A DNA stretch of 64,000 nucleotides from an uncultured Chloroflexia bacterium (GCA_963735865.1 CAVTML010000001.1:313023-377022), one strand, 5' to 3'. Positions 49,580 to 60,620 are shown, counted from the stretch's first letter. A program made the numbers and translations. Notes: generated from the letters alone by a model not told the origin.

Positions 49580-51642
49580 TGGGCAAACCAGCGGGCGATC
49601 TCCTCGAGGTTGGCCACGCGGCGGAAGGGCGTGCCCGAACGGGTCAGCTCGTGGGTCTCATCGGGCACCCGCATGAGCCGCACCTCGCGCTTGAGTGACC
49701 GCAGGACGGTGAACAGCTCCTCCGCCTGGGTGATGGTGGTGCGCAGGTCGCGCTCGGAGTGCTGGATGAGCAGCGGTGTATGGATGGCCGTGGCGTAGGT
49801 GAGCGGTGACTCGCGCAGGTAGAGCTGCGGGTCCTCCCACGGGTTGCGGCCGTATTCCTGGCGCCCGAAGGTCGGGCCGCCGATGTCGCCCGACAGCATC
49901 TGCGAGGTCATGTCGTTCACCGACCGGCAGGTGACGGCCGCGGCGAAGCGGTCGGTATGGCCCACCATCCAGCTGGTCAGGTAGCCGCCGTACGAGCCGC
50001 CGGTGACGCCCAGCCGGTCGGGATCGGCCAGGCCGTCGGCGATGAGGGCATCGACGCCACCCATCACGTCGGCCATGGGGCCCGTGCCCCAGTCGCTGAA
50101 GTTGGCGGCCGAGAAGGCCTCGCCGTACCCCTGGCTGCCGCGCGGGTTGCAGGCGTAGACGCTGATGCCCTCCGCCACGAGGCACTGCCACTCCCACATG
50201 AGGGACCAGCCGTAGAGCGTCTGCGGGCCGCCGTGGATCTCCACCACGAGGGGCGGCGGTCCTGATCGTCCGCCCGGGGCCGGGATCAGCCAGCCCTGCA
50301 CGCGCCGGCCCTCGACCTCATGCCAGCGGGAGATGGGCTCGACGAGCGTGATGTCCCCCCAGGCGTCGGCCATGAGGTGCGTCAGCTGCCGGATCGGCGG
50401 GCGGCCGCCGCGGATGCCGCCCTTCGGCAGGTCGAAGGCGACCACGTCGAACGGCGCGGTCCCCGTCACGCGGATACCGGCGTAACGGGTCACGCCGCCG
50501 GCCAGCGGCGCCAGCACGAGCGACGACAGCCAGTGGCGCCCCTCCGTCAGCCGCTCGACACGGTGGCTCGCCACCTCCACGCGCCACGCTTCGTAGGCGC
50601 CGTCGAGCGGCGCGGTGAAGCTGATCCAGCGGCCGTCCTCGCTCCACGCGACGCGCGAGGCGGGCCCGCCGAACAGGTCGCTGTTCATGGCCGAGTCGAC
50701 CATCAGGTCGTGCTCACCGGTCAGGTCCTCGCCGACCCCGTCGCCGCCCTGGGGACGGAAGCGCCACACGTCGGTGCGCACGCCTGGGCGGGCCTGGGTG
50801 AAGCCCTTGACCGCCAACCAGGCGCCGTCCGGGCTCCAGGCCGGATCGAAGAACTGGCGGTCGTCGGCGCCACTCGTGACGCGCTCGATGCGGCCGCCCG
50901 CCGAGGGCATCGCGAAGACGTCCACGCGCCCGGTCAGGTCGCTGTGGCGATGGCGGTTGGAGACGAAGGCGATGGTCCGGCCGTCGGGGCTCCACGCCGG
51001 GTGCCCGTCATCGGCCGGCCCGCTGGTCAGGCGCGTCGCGGACCCGTCGGCCACGGTCACGCGCCACAGGTTGCCGGGGCGGTCGTAGGTGAAACCGGCC
51101 CCGTTGAGCATGTAGGAGAGGCGGTCGATGAACCGCAGGTCGGGCTCCGGGCCATCCTCCGGCTTGCGCGCGGACGGGCGCTCCTTGGGGCGCGCCGCGG
51201 GCGAGACGACGCACAACGCCGCGCCGTCGGGGCTCCAGGCGAGGTCCGTGACGTCCTTGGGCAGCCGCGTCAGCTGGCCCGCCTCGCCGCCGTCGGCCGG
51301 CAGCAGCCAGACCTGGGTGGCGCCCTCCTTGGGCGCTTCCTTGGGGCCCGGCTCGTCACCGACCCCGGCCGCCTGCAGGATGCCGGCCCGGTCGGAGAGG
51401 AAGGCCAGCGTGCGGCCGTCGGGGCTCCAGCGGGGGACGACGTCGTTGCGCCGGCCCAGCGTCACCTGGCGTGGCGAGGCCGACCCATCGGCCGGCACGA
51501 GCCAGATCGCGTGACGGTAGCCGTCGCGTCCGGGCGCGACGGACTTGACCACGAAGGCGACCTGCCGACCATCGGGCGACAGCGACACCTCCGTCGGGAC
51601 GCGCAGGGCGAACAGGTCATCGGGGCGCGGTGAACGTGGCAT
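49492..51642 (-). CDS. S9 family peptidase (acylaminoacyl/dipeptidyl peptidase)
   Basis: WSPDG beta-propeller repeats; HGGP, NPRGS, GGSYGG nucleophile, ERDLR, ETHEL. Confidence 0.92.
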   Translation of the reverse strand: MPRSPRPDDLFALRVPTEVSLSPDGRQVAFVVKSVAPGRDGYRHAIWLVPADGSASPRQVTLGRRNDVVPRWSPDGRTLAFLSDRAGILQAAGVGDEPGPKEAPKEGATQVWLLPADGGEAGQLTRLPKDVTDLAWSPDGAALCVVSPAARPKERPSARKPEDGPEPDLRFIDRLSYMLNGAGFTYDRPGNLWRVTVADGSATRLTSGPADDGHPAWSPDGRTIAFVSNRHRHSDLTGRVDVFAMPSAGGRIERVTSGADDRQFFDPAWSPDGAWLAVKGFTQARPGVRTDVWRFRPQGGDGVGEDLTGEHDLMVDSAMNSDLFGGPASRVAWSEDGRWISFTAPLDGAYEAWRVEVASHRVERLTEGRHWLSSLVLAPLAGGVTRYAGIRVTGTAPFDVVAFDLPKGGIRGGRPPIRQLTHLMADAWGDITLVEPISRWHEVEGRRVQGWLIPAPGGRSGPPPLVVEIHGGPQTLYGWSLMWEWQCLVAEGISVYACNPRGSQGYGEAFSAANFSDWGTGPMADVMGGVDALIADGLADPDRLGVTGGSYGGYLTSWMVGHTDRFAAAVTCRSVNDMTSQMLSGDIGGPTFGRQEYGRNPWEDPQLYLRESPLTYATAIHTPLLIQHSERDLRTTITQAEELFTVLRSLKREVRLMRVPDETHELTRSGTPFRRVANLEEIARWFAHYLVARRRGLPPIRSIHARSSAKAARSAK

Positions 51643-51717
51643 GGCCGAATCGGCTCCTCCAGGCGAAGGACTCGAGTGTAGCCGACGGTGCCACGCCGGC
51701 GGGCGTACGATCGGCGC

Positions 51718-52113
51718 ATGAGCGGCAGCTACACGAGCGGCAAGGAGTACCTAGCGCCCGTTCGCATCCACGCCGACCGGGCCGCCGGCCGTCTCGAGAT
51801 CGACTGGGCCGACGGGCACCACACCGTGTACGACACGGTGACCTTGCGCTGGATGTGCCCGTGTGCCTACTGCCGTGGCGAGATGGGCCAGCCGGGGTGG
51901 CTCGATTCGAAGCCCACCCTGACGCCGGGCCAGACCGAGCTGGTGGACCTCCAGCTGGTCGGATCGTATGCTCTCGCGCCAACCTGGGCCGATGGCCACC
52001 ACACGGGCTTCCATACCTTCGAGCGGCTGCGAGCCGCCTGCCCCTGTGCGGAGGACGAGGCGCGCCGCGCCGCCGACCCGCACGCTCAGCACGTCCCGGG
52101 AGGCGTCACATGA
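51718..52113 (+). CDS. DUF971 / GBBH-like N-terminal domain protein
   Basis: LRWMCPCAYC, VGSYAL, WADGHHTG; TACGAT six nt before ATG. Confidence 0.85.
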   Translation: MSGSYTSGKEYLAPVRIHADRAAGRLEIDWADGHHTVYDTVTLRWMCPCAYCRGEMGQPGWLDSKPTLTPGQTELVDLQLVGSYALAPTWADGHHTGFHTFERLRAACPCAEDEARRAADPHAQHVPGGVT

Positions 52114-52454
52114 TCGTCAGCACCACCAACTTCGTGGCCGGCATGCGCGTCGTGGAGACGAAGGGCCAGACGTTCGGCGTCGTCGTCCGCAGCCGCGGCC
52201 TTGCCGGCAACATCGCGGCCGGCCTGCGCAGCCTGGGCGGCGGCGAGATCCACGAGTACACCCAGCTGCTGGAGGATTCCCGCCGCCAGGCCGTCGATCG
52301 CTTGGTGGCGAACGCCACGGCCATGGGCGCCAACGGCATCCTGACGATGCGCTTCGACAGCTCGGAGATGGGCGGCACGATGACCGAGATCGTGGCCTAC
52401 GGCACGGCCGTCGTCCTGGCCCCCGACGACTCGGGCCACGGCACGGGCGCCTGA
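52110..52454 (+). CDS. YbjQ/UPF0145 family protein
   Basis: GGEIHEYTQLLEDSRRQA...GANG...EIVAYGTAV. Confidence 0.9.
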   Translation: MIVSTTNFVAGMRVVETKGQTFGVVVRSRGLAGNIAAGLRSLGGGEIHEYTQLLEDSRRQAVDRLVANATAMGANGILTMRFDSSEMGGTMTEIVAYGTAVVLAPDDSGHGTGA

Positions 52455-52462
52455 GCTCGGCC

Positions 52463-52780
52463 ATGGACCGCGGCAGCGGCACGCTGACCAACGTCGCGCG
52501 GATCGCGCTGGGGATCCTGGCCGCCCTGGCCGTCCTTGGCGCGGTCGTGGCGTTCGCCGCGGGCATCGCCGTCGTGGGGCTCGAGGCGCTGGTCGGGGCC
52601 GCGGTCCTGGGCCTGGGAGCCGCCTACGAGCACGGTCGGTATCGCGCCTCGGTCAAGGGCTCCGAGGCCGGCCGCTTCCAGCGCACCGACGAGGTCTTCA
52701 CCGATCCCACCACGGGCCAGCTCACGCGCGTCTGGTACGACCAGGCATCCGGCCGCCGGGACTACCGGCCGGACGCCTGA
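52463..52780 (+). CDS. Small hypothetical membrane protein
   Basis: Two TM segments followed by FQRTDEVFTDPTTG...VWYD...GRRDY. Confidence 0.7.
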   Translation: MDRGSGTLTNVARIALGILAALAVLGAVVAFAAGIAVVGLEALVGAAVLGLGAAYEHGRYRASVKGSEAGRFQRTDEVFTDPTTGQLTRVWYDQASGRRDYRPDA

Positions 52781-52808
52781 CCCGCGCCGCCCCCTCAAGC
52801 TCGCCAGC

Positions 52809-54918
52809 ATGACGGCCGTCCGCCCGCCCGCCGCTCGTCGCCCGGCCCGGCACCGGGTGCCCGCGACGCTGCCCTACATCAACCGCGAGCTGTCGTGGCT
52901 GGAGTTCAACGCGCGCGTCCTGTTCGAGGCCACCGACGCCCGCAACCCGCTGCTGGAGCGAGCGCGCTTCCTGGCCATCTTCGCCAACAACCTCGACGAG
53001 TTCTTCCAGGTCCGCGTGGCCGGCCTGAAGCAGCAGCTGGCGGCCGGCCGTTCCAATCCGTCCGCCGACGGGCTGACCGCCGCCGAGACCCTGGACGCCA
53101 TCCGCAACAAGGTCCTGTCGCTCGTGGCGGCGCATTCGGCGGCCTTCGCCGGCATCCACGCCGAGCTCCTCGCCAACGACATCCGCATCGTCCCGTACGC
53201 CGAGCGCGAGGAACGGGGCCTCGAGCTGCGGCGCCGCTTCCTGGACGAGATCTTCCCCGTCCTGACGCCCCTGGCGGTGGACCCCGGCCACCCCTTCCCC
53301 TACATCAGCGACCTTTCGCTGTCGCTGGCGGTCACGGTGCGTGACCCCGAGACCGGTGAGCGCCGCTTCGCCCGCATCAAGGTGCCGCCCGTGCTGCCGC
53401 GCCTGGTCGAGGTGGGCCAGCGCACGTACATCCTGCTCGAGCAGATCATCGCGGCCAACCTGGATGCCCTCTTCCCGGGCATGGAGGTGCTGGAACACCA
53501 CCTCTTCCGCGTCACGCGCAACGCCGACCTGGCCATCGAGGAGGACGAGGCCGACGACCTCCTGATGGCCATCGAGGAGGAGCTCCGCAAGCGGCGCTTC
53601 GGGGCGGCCGTCCGCCTGGAGGTGGAGCGCTCGATGCCGGCCGCCACACGGGCGCTGCTGCAGCGCGGCCTGGGCATCCAGCCGACCGACGTCTACGAAG
53701 TCGCCGGCATGCTGGACCTGACGGCCCTCGATGCCATCGCCGAGCTGGACCTGCCCGGCCTGCAGCGCGAGCCCTGGCAACCCGTCACGCCGCAGCGCCT
53801 CCAGCCGCTCGACGAGGACGAGGCGGTCGACGTGTTCGCCGCCATCCGCGACGGCGACCTGCTCGTCCATCACCCCTACGAATCGCTTCCGCGGATCGGT
53901 GCAGCGCTTCGTGGAGCAGGCGGCCGACGACCCGGACGTGCTGGGCATCAAGATGACCCTCTACCGGACGGGCGGCGACTCGCCGATCGTGCGGGCCCTT
54001 ATCCGGGCCTCCGAGCAGGGCAAACAGGTCGTGGTCCTGGTGGAGATCAAGGCCCGCTTCGACGAACGGGCCAACATCGTCTGGGCCCGTGCGCTGGAAC
54101 GTGCCGGGGCGCACGTGGTGTACGGGCTGGTCGGCCTCAAGACGCACTGCAAGGTGACGCTCGTGGTGCGCCGCGAGGGCCGCGGCCTGCGCCGCTACGT
54201 CCACATCGGCACGGGCAACTACAACGACAAGACGGCGCGCCTCTACGTCGACGTCGGCCTGCTGAGTTGCGGCGAGGAGCTGGGCGCCGATGCCACCGAT
54301 CTCTTCAACTTCCTGACCGGCCTCTCGCGCCAGCGCAGCTTCCGACGGCTGGTCATCGCGCCGGTCAGCCTGCGCTCGACCATCCTGGAGCTGATCGAGG
54401 GCGAGATCTCGCGTCACCGAGCCTCGGGCGACGGGCGCATCCGGTTGAAGCTGAATGCCGTGGTCGACCCCGAGATGGTCGGCGCCCTCTGCCGGGCCAG
54501 CCAGGCCGGCGTGCCGGTCGACATCATCGCCCGCGGCGCCTGTTCGCTCCGGCCCGGCGTCGAGGGGGTCAGCGAGAACGTCCGCGTGCGCTCGATCATC
54601 GGGCCGTTCCTGGAGCACTCGCGCATCTTCGTGTTCGGCGATGGCGATCGCGAACGGGTGTACATCGGGTCGGCTGACCTGATGGAACGCAACCTGGACC
54701 GCCGCGTCGAAGCCGCCGTGCCGGTCACCGAGCCGGCCCTCGCGGAGCGCCTCCGGACGGTCGTCGAGGTCATGCTGGCCGACGATCGGCGGGCCTGGCA
54801 GCTCGGCCCCGACGATCGGTGGCGGCGGGTGGAGACGCTCCTCGAGTCGCCGACCGGGCTCGATACCTTCGAGGTCTTCAAGGCCCAGGCACGGGCTTCC
54901 GTGTTGGTCGAGGACTGA
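52809..54918 (+). CDS. ppk1: Polyphosphate kinase 1, frameshift near 53885
   Basis: [67 protein letters not shown]. Confidence 0.95.
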
Positions 54919-54919
54919 G

Positions 54920-56910
54920 GTGGCCGACCCGGTCGAGGTCGAGCTCAAGTTCCGCGTCACCGATGGCCCGACCCTGGAGCGGCTGCTCGACGCGGACTGG
55001 GTGGGCGATCACGCGGCCGGGGCCTGGCGCACCTTCGAGCTCGAGGATCGCTACCTGGACACGAGCGATGGCGCGCTCGCCCGCGGCGGCTACGGCGCAC
55101 GCCTGCGACGGCAGGACGGCGCCATCACGCTGACCCTCAAGAGCCTCGGCCGCGGCGAGGGTCCCGGCGGGGCGCTCTTCCGCCGGGTCGAGCTGGAAGG
55201 GCCGGCCACATGGGACGTGCGGCCCGAGTCGTGGCCGGACAGCGAAGCTCGCAGGCGGCTCATGGCCCTCGCCGGCGACTCCCCCTCGTGCCGCGGTTCA
55301 CCCTGCGCCAGGTGCGGCGCGAGCGCGACCTGCGCGGCGGCGACGGGTGGGCCGTCCTGAGCCTGGATGCCGTCCGGGTCGAGGCGGCCGGCCACGACAT
55401 CGGCGGCGGCGATTTCGTGGAGGTGGAGTCGAAGGGTGGCTCGGAACGCATGCTCCAGGAGGTCGGCGCGATCCTGGAGAGCAGCGGGGCGGTGACGCCT
55501 GAGGGCCGCTCCAAGGAGGCGCTCGCCACCGAACTGCTCAACGCCGCACGCCAGCCGGGCAGCGTGCGCCCGTGGGGTCCAGGCCGGGACGGCGTAGCGC
55601 CCCCCACGCACGGGCCCACGGACGCCGCGCCACCACCCGCGGAGCCGGTCGCGAGGCCCGCGCTGGCGCCCATCAACCGGCCCGATGCGGATGGACCGCT
55701 CCCAGCGAAAGAGCCTGAGCCGGTACCCGAGCCCAGGCCTGAGGCCAACGTCAAGGCGGCCGAGCGACCCGCTCCCCCGGCCGAGCCGACCGCCATCGAT
55801 CCCACACCCGAGCCGGCCGCTGCTGCGGCCGCGGCGCCCGAGCCGCAGGCGACGCCACGACGGCGCGCCCGGCCAGCCGCCGCCCGCCCGGCCGCCAAGC
55901 GCCCGCGCCGCCCACGAACGCCCCTGGCCGAGGGTGCCGAGCCGGACGAGCGCAGCCAGATCATCGACCGCCTGCGCACAGGGCGGACGCCCGGCGTCGT
56001 GGCGGGTGACTCCCTGGCCGAGGCCGGCCGCAAGGTCCTGCGCTTCCACTTCGCCCGCATGCTCGAGCGCGAGGCGGGGACGCGCCAGGGTGACGACCTG
56101 GAGGAGCTCCACTCGATGCGTGTGGCGACCCGGCGCATGCGCGCGGCCTGGCGCGTGTTCGGCGACGGTTTCCGCCACGGCCCGAGCCGCCGCTATGTGT
56201 CCGAGCTGCGGACGGTGGCCACTGCCCTTGGCGCCGTGCGTGATCAGGACGTCCTGCTCGACGGCCTGACCGCCTACATGGCCGCGCTGCCGCCCGAGGA
56301 GGGCGTCGCGCTCGCGCCGCTCCACGAGGCGTGGCAGGCGGTCCGCAACGAGGCACGGGAGCATCTGGTCAAGCTGCTGGACGGTGACGCGTACCAGCGC
56401 TTCGTTGAGGACTACGTGGCGTTCGTGGAGACCTCGGGCGCGGGCGGGCGCGTCATGCGGGCGACCGACCCCCACCGTGTGCGCGACACGGCCCCGAGCC
56501 GGGTGTGGGCGGCCTACGAACAGCTGCGCGCGTACGACTCGACGCTCACCTGGGCCGACGTGCCCACGCTGCACGTGCTGCGCATCGCCGGCAAACGGCT
56601 GCGCTACACGCTCGAGTTCTTCCGCGAAGTGCTGGGGGCGGACGCCACCACCCTGATCGCGCGGGTCACGGCCCTCCAGGACCACCTTGGCCTGCTGCAT
56701 GACGCGGACGTCGCCGCGCACCTCGCGCGCGAGTTCCTGGCCAGTTCGGCCGCCGGTCTTTCGGCCGAGACCATCCAGGCGGTCGGGCGCTACCTCGCAT
56801 CGCGAGAGAAGGAGGTCGCCCGCCTCCGCCGCACCCTGCCGGCGGTATGGCGTCCCCTGGTCGGCGACGCGTTCCGGCGCGCGCTAGGCCGCGCGGTCAG
56901 CGTGATCTGA
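54920..56910 (+). CDS. CYTH + CHAD domain protein with long Pro/Ala/Arg-rich linker, frameshift near 55283
   Basis: EVELKF, YLDT, RLR, EVE (CYTH); LHSMRVATRRMR, RDQDV, LHVLRIAGKRLRY, LGLLHD (CHAD). Confidence 0.88.
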
Positions 56911-57294
56911 ACCCTGGTCCCGCGGGTAGCCCGCGACCGTCACTTCGATGAGCGGGCTGTGGGCGACCATCACGTCCACATCGGTCCGGCGCCATCGCGC
57001 GGCGACCTGCTCAAGGACCTTCCGTCGTTCGGCCGGGTCCCGGATGATGCGCGCCGTCGCGGGCACGTCCGCGTGGGTGGTCTGCTTGAGGCTGAGGGTG
57101 AGCCGCGGATCGTGCTCGAGGTTCAGGATCCAGGCCCGCGTGCGATCGGCGCGCGGCATGCCACTGATGTAGAGCCGGCCGTCGATCGAATGCAGGGCGA
57201 TCTCGATCCGCCGCGGCTGACCCGTCCTGCGGCCGGTCGTGGTCATGTCGATGAGCTGCGACCGCGCGAGCGCATCGAGGGTGCTGTCGTCCAT
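56884..57294 (-). CDS. Deazaflavin-dependent nitroreductase/quinone reductase (Ddn-like) family protein
   Basis: TTTGRRTGQPRRIEI, RAWILNLEHDP; TATAAT at 57316-57311 and GGAG RBS. Confidence 0.8.
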   Translation of the reverse strand: MDDSTLDALARSQLIDMTTTGRRTGQPRRIEIALHSIDGRLYISGMPRADRTRAWILNLEHDPRLTLSLKQTTHADVPATARIIRDPAERRKVLEQVAARWRRTDVDVMVAHSPLIEVTVAGYPRDQGSDHADRAA

Positions 57295-57410
57295 GGCCGT
57301 GTGCTCCGCGATTATAGTTGAGTGAGCAACCATACCACGGAGGCGGCCGGGCGACGACGCGAGCAACGACATCCCCCCAGCACCAGCGTTGACTCGGACC
57401 CTCGCCCGGC

Positions 57411-57591
57411 GTCGCTGACCCGGGAGGGCAGTAACGGACAGGGACATGGGCCGTAGGCCCTCAGAGGCGTCGCATCTCGCCGTCCCGTGTCCCCGCAGGT
57501 CAGCTTCGGACGAATCCGGACTCCGGGCGCCCCGAACGTGTTCGATACGAACCTGCCAAGTCAGAGATCGCTGACCTCCCGGGTCAACGGC
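57411..57591. other. 181-bp intergenic element with 21-bp terminal inverted repeats and two internal hairpins
   Basis: GTCGCTGACCCGGGAGGGCAG / CTGACCTCCCGGGTCAACGGC (18/21); GGACAGGGAC pairs with GTCCCGTGTCC; GCAGGT pairs with ACCTGC. Confidence 0.6.
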
Positions 57592-57627
57592 ACCCTGGAC
57601 GGCACCCCGGGGCGTGCCCACGAGGCG

Positions 57628-57655
57628 TGATGACTTCGAGCGCATCGAGGGGAGG
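57628..57655. repeat. Solo copy of the 22-bp REP-like motif
   Basis: TGATGACTTCGAGCGCATC is 18/19 identical to 48060-48078; both are followed by GGGGAGG. Confidence 0.7.
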
Positions 57656-57694
57656 CATCGCGCGATCCGTGAGGTCTCGGCGGACGAAGGCGGG

Positions 57695-58045
57695 TCAGGC
57701 GGGCGGAGTCGTCTTGCGCGGTGCGCGGGCCCGTGTGACGCGCGGCTTGGCGGACGCGGCCCGCGGCGCTCGGGGCCGGGTGGCGCGACGAGCCGGAGCG
57801 GCAAGGGAAGCGGCCGGTGCCGACGCGGGCGAGGCAGCCTGAGCCGGCGGCTGGAGATCGGCGAGCTTGCGCTCCAGTGACGTGACAAGGGCGCCGACGG
57901 CGGCCTGGATCTCGCGGGCGTCGGCCAGCTGGACCTCGACCTTGACGATCCGCTTGGCCCGTCGCTTCTCGGCCTTTGCCGCCTTGTCGTCGGGCGCGGC
58001 GGCGCCTGGCTTGGAGCCGCCCTTTCCGTGATCGCCCTTGGCCAT
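57695..58045 (-). CDS. Small basic Lys/Arg/Ala-rich hypothetical protein with central coiled coil
   Basis: GAGGGAG RBS; MAKGDHGKGG...KAEKRRAKR...RRATRPRAPRAASAKPR. Confidence 0.65.
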   Translation of the reverse strand: MAKGDHGKGGSKPGAAAPDDKAAKAEKRRAKRIVKVEVQLADAREIQAAVGALVTSLERKLADLQPPAQAASPASAPAASLAAPARRATRPRAPRAASAKPRVTRARAPRKTTPPA

Positions 58046-58156
58046 GTGGTCTCCCTCTGCTGCGTCCCGGCCGAAAAGGCGAGGCTCGGCCGCCCATTGA
58101 ACCATCGGTACCCCTGACCCGCAATCACGGGTGGTGCGGCGACGCACCGGTGTGGG

Positions 58157-58887
58157 TCAGGCCGAGACGGGCTTGCGCGCTCGGATGATCGCCGATGTCA
58201 TGCCCGGCGTCTCCTGGTGCGTCGGGGTGATCGAGACATCCTCGAGCCCGACGGCCCGCAGGCCGGTTTCGTACTCGGTGAACGACAGCGCCCCGGCGAT
58301 GCAGCCGACGTAGGAGCCCCGCTCGAGCCGTTCCGCTGGGGTCAGCCCGTCGTCGGCCACGATGTCCGAGACCCCCAGGCGGCCGCCCGGCCGCAGGACA
58401 CGGGCGATCTCGCGGAAGACGGCCGGCTTGTCGGCGGCGAGGTTGATGACGCAGTTGCTGATGACCACGTCCACCGACGCGGCCGGCAACGGGATCGCCT
58501 CGATGTGGCCCTTGAGGAACTCGACGTTCGTGGCGCCAGCGGCCGCCGCGTTCCGACCGAGCCAGGGAGAGCATCTCGTCGGTCATGTCGAGCCCGAAGG
58601 CACGGCCGGTGGGCCCGACCCGCTGCGCGGACAGGAGCACATCGATGCCCCCGCCGGAGCCCAGGTCAAGGACGGTCTCCCCCTCACGCAGCTCGGCTAC
58701 CGCGATCGGGTTACCGCAGCCCAGGCTGGCGAGACGGCGCCGCCTCGGGCAGGCTCGCCAGCTCCTCGGTCGAGTAGTTGGTCGGGCCACAGCAGTCGCC
58801 ATTCCCGCCGCAGCACGGATCGTCGACGACATTGAGCGCGATGCGGGCGTAGTGGTCGCGGACGACCTCGTGGATGGGTGCGGTCAT
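58157..58887 (-). CDS. arsM: Arsenite S-adenosylmethionine methyltransferase, frameshifted
   Basis: CC pairs, [45 protein letters not shown]. Confidence 0.92.
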
Positions 58888-58915
58888 GGCGGACCTCCGT
58901 GGATGTCGGTCGTGT

Positions 58916-58956
58916 CTATATCGATATTTGCCTAAGTATACACATGTCGATATAGT
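58916..58956. promoter_or_regulatory. AT-rich divergent promoter/ArsR operator between arsM and arsR
   Basis: CTATATCGA-n22-TCGATATAG inverted repeat; TATAGT six nt before GTG 58963. Confidence 0.65.
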
Positions 58957-58962
58957 GCGCGG

Positions 58963-59298
58963 GTGAAGCGCCCGACCGATCCCGACGTCCTGCTCCTCCA
59001 GGCGGCCGCCGACCCGATCCGGCTGGCGATCCTGCGGCAGCTCGCCCTGACCGGACCGGTGTGCGCCTGCGACATCGCCGCGGGCTACAGCGTCACCCAG
59101 CCGACCATCTCGCACCACCTGCGTGTCCTGCGCGAGGCCGGGTGGGTCACGGGCGAGCGGCGCGGCACGTGGATCTGGTACTCGATCCGGCCCGAGGCCA
59201 TGGATCGGTTCCACGCCATCGGGTCCGCCTTCGATGCCACGGGCGCGGCGCCAGCACCGTCGACGCGCCGGCTGCAGGTCATCCAGCCCGTGGTCTGA
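58963..59298 (+). CDS. arsR: ArsR family As(III)-responsive repressor
   Basis: ADPIRLAIL, VCACDI, QPTISHHLRVLREAG, RRGTWIWY. Confidence 0.88.
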   Translation: MKRPTDPDVLLLQAAADPIRLAILRQLALTGPVCACDIAAGYSVTQPTISHHLRVLREAGWVTGERRGTWIWYSIRPEAMDRFHAIGSAFDATGAAPAPSTRRLQVIQPVV

Positions 59299-59325
59299 TC
59301 GCTCGCCTATGCGCGGATCGGGGAC

Positions 59326-60414
59326 TCACACGGGCAGCCGGACGACGGCGCGCGAATCGCTGCCATCCGGCTGGATGCCGAAGAGAGATCGCCCCAGGCG
59401 CATGGCGGCCCAGACCAGGAAGAGCATCACCGGCACCTCGATGAGCGGGCCGACCACCGTGGCGAGGGCCACGGTCGGGGAGAACGCCGTGATGGCGATG
59501 GCGATGGCGATCTCGAAGTCGCGCCCGGTCGCGTTGAAGGCGACCGCCACCGCGTCGCGGTAGGAGAAGCGGAGCCGCCAGCCGACCAGCAGGACCACGA
59601 AGAACATGGTCAGCGAAGAAGAGGGTCATCGGGATGGCCATCTCAAGGACGATGCCCGGGCCGCTGGAGGATGAGGTCGCCCTTGAGGGCGAACATGACG
59701 ATGAGGGTGAAGAGCAGGCCCAGGATCGATACGCCGTTGAGGGCCGGCTTGAGGGCGTCCATGCCCGCCTCGCCGCGCCGCCGCACGACCAGCATACGGG
59801 TCAGCCACGCCGAGCACGAGCGGCAGGCCGAGGTAGAGCACGACGCTCTCGGCGACGACCCAGACGTCGAAGCTGACGTTCCCGATCAGCAGCCGCGCGT
59901 AGACCGGGATGAGCAGCATCTGGGCGACCGAGTTGAGGGCCACGAAGACGAGCGCCATGGGCGTGTTGCCCTTGGCCAGGAACGTGAAGATGATGACCAT
60001 CGCGATGCACGGCGCGAGGCCGTAGAGGACGAGCCCGGTGTGCAGCTCGGGGTCGGCCACGAAGAGGTTGGCGAGGCCCAGCATCAGGAATGGCGCGACG
60101 AGGTAGTTGAAGACCAGCACGACCGCGAGCTGCCGCGGCGAGCGGAAGGCTCTGCCGACCTCGGTCAGCCGCACGTTCGTCATCGCCGGGTACATCATCG
60201 CGAACAGGCCGATCGGGACGCCCAGGCTGATCGCGTTCGGAACGTTCAGCTCGAACGTGCCGCCGACGATGGCCTTGAGCGCGTCGATCGGTGGCGTCAG
60301 GGTGAAGTCGGAGATCCGCAGGACGTTCCCGACCACGATCCCGACGGCCATGCTGACGACGACGAACACCGGCAGGAGGCGGAAGTCCTCGAGCCGCGCC
60401 AGCAGGGCCTTCAT
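59326..60414 (-). CDS. acr3: ACR3-family arsenite efflux protein, frameshifted
   Basis: MMYPAM, GLAPCIAMV, RDFEIAIAIA, VVGPLIEVPVM. Confidence 0.9.
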
Positions 60415-60620
60415 CGCGAGACCGCCTCGAGCAGGTGCGTCTCCCGCCTGGGCGCCGTGGCGAAGGGTCGCTCGGGATGATGGTCGCAGGCGTACTGCGG
60501 GATGATGGCGCTCTCGAACGACGCCACGAGGTGGGGCTTGCACAGCCCTACCAGGCAGAACCGGCATTCGGCGAGTGCGGGCTCCTGTCGGCCCTCGCGG
60601 GCGCATTCGTGGCAATGCAT
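60411..60620 (-). CDS. Small Cys/His-rich protein (DUF2180-like)
   Basis: MHCHECA...CRFCLVGLCKPH...CDHH. Confidence 0.7.
   Translation of the reverse strand: MHCHECAREGRQEPALAECRFCLVGLCKPHLVASFESAIIPQYACDHHPERPFATAPRRETHLLEAVSR

Noticed and set aside
56884-58128. 414-aa ORF as a single protein
   Set aside because: Only the last 136 aa resemble a Ddn-like protein with its own promoter and RBS; the rest crosses the structured intergenic region and another gene.
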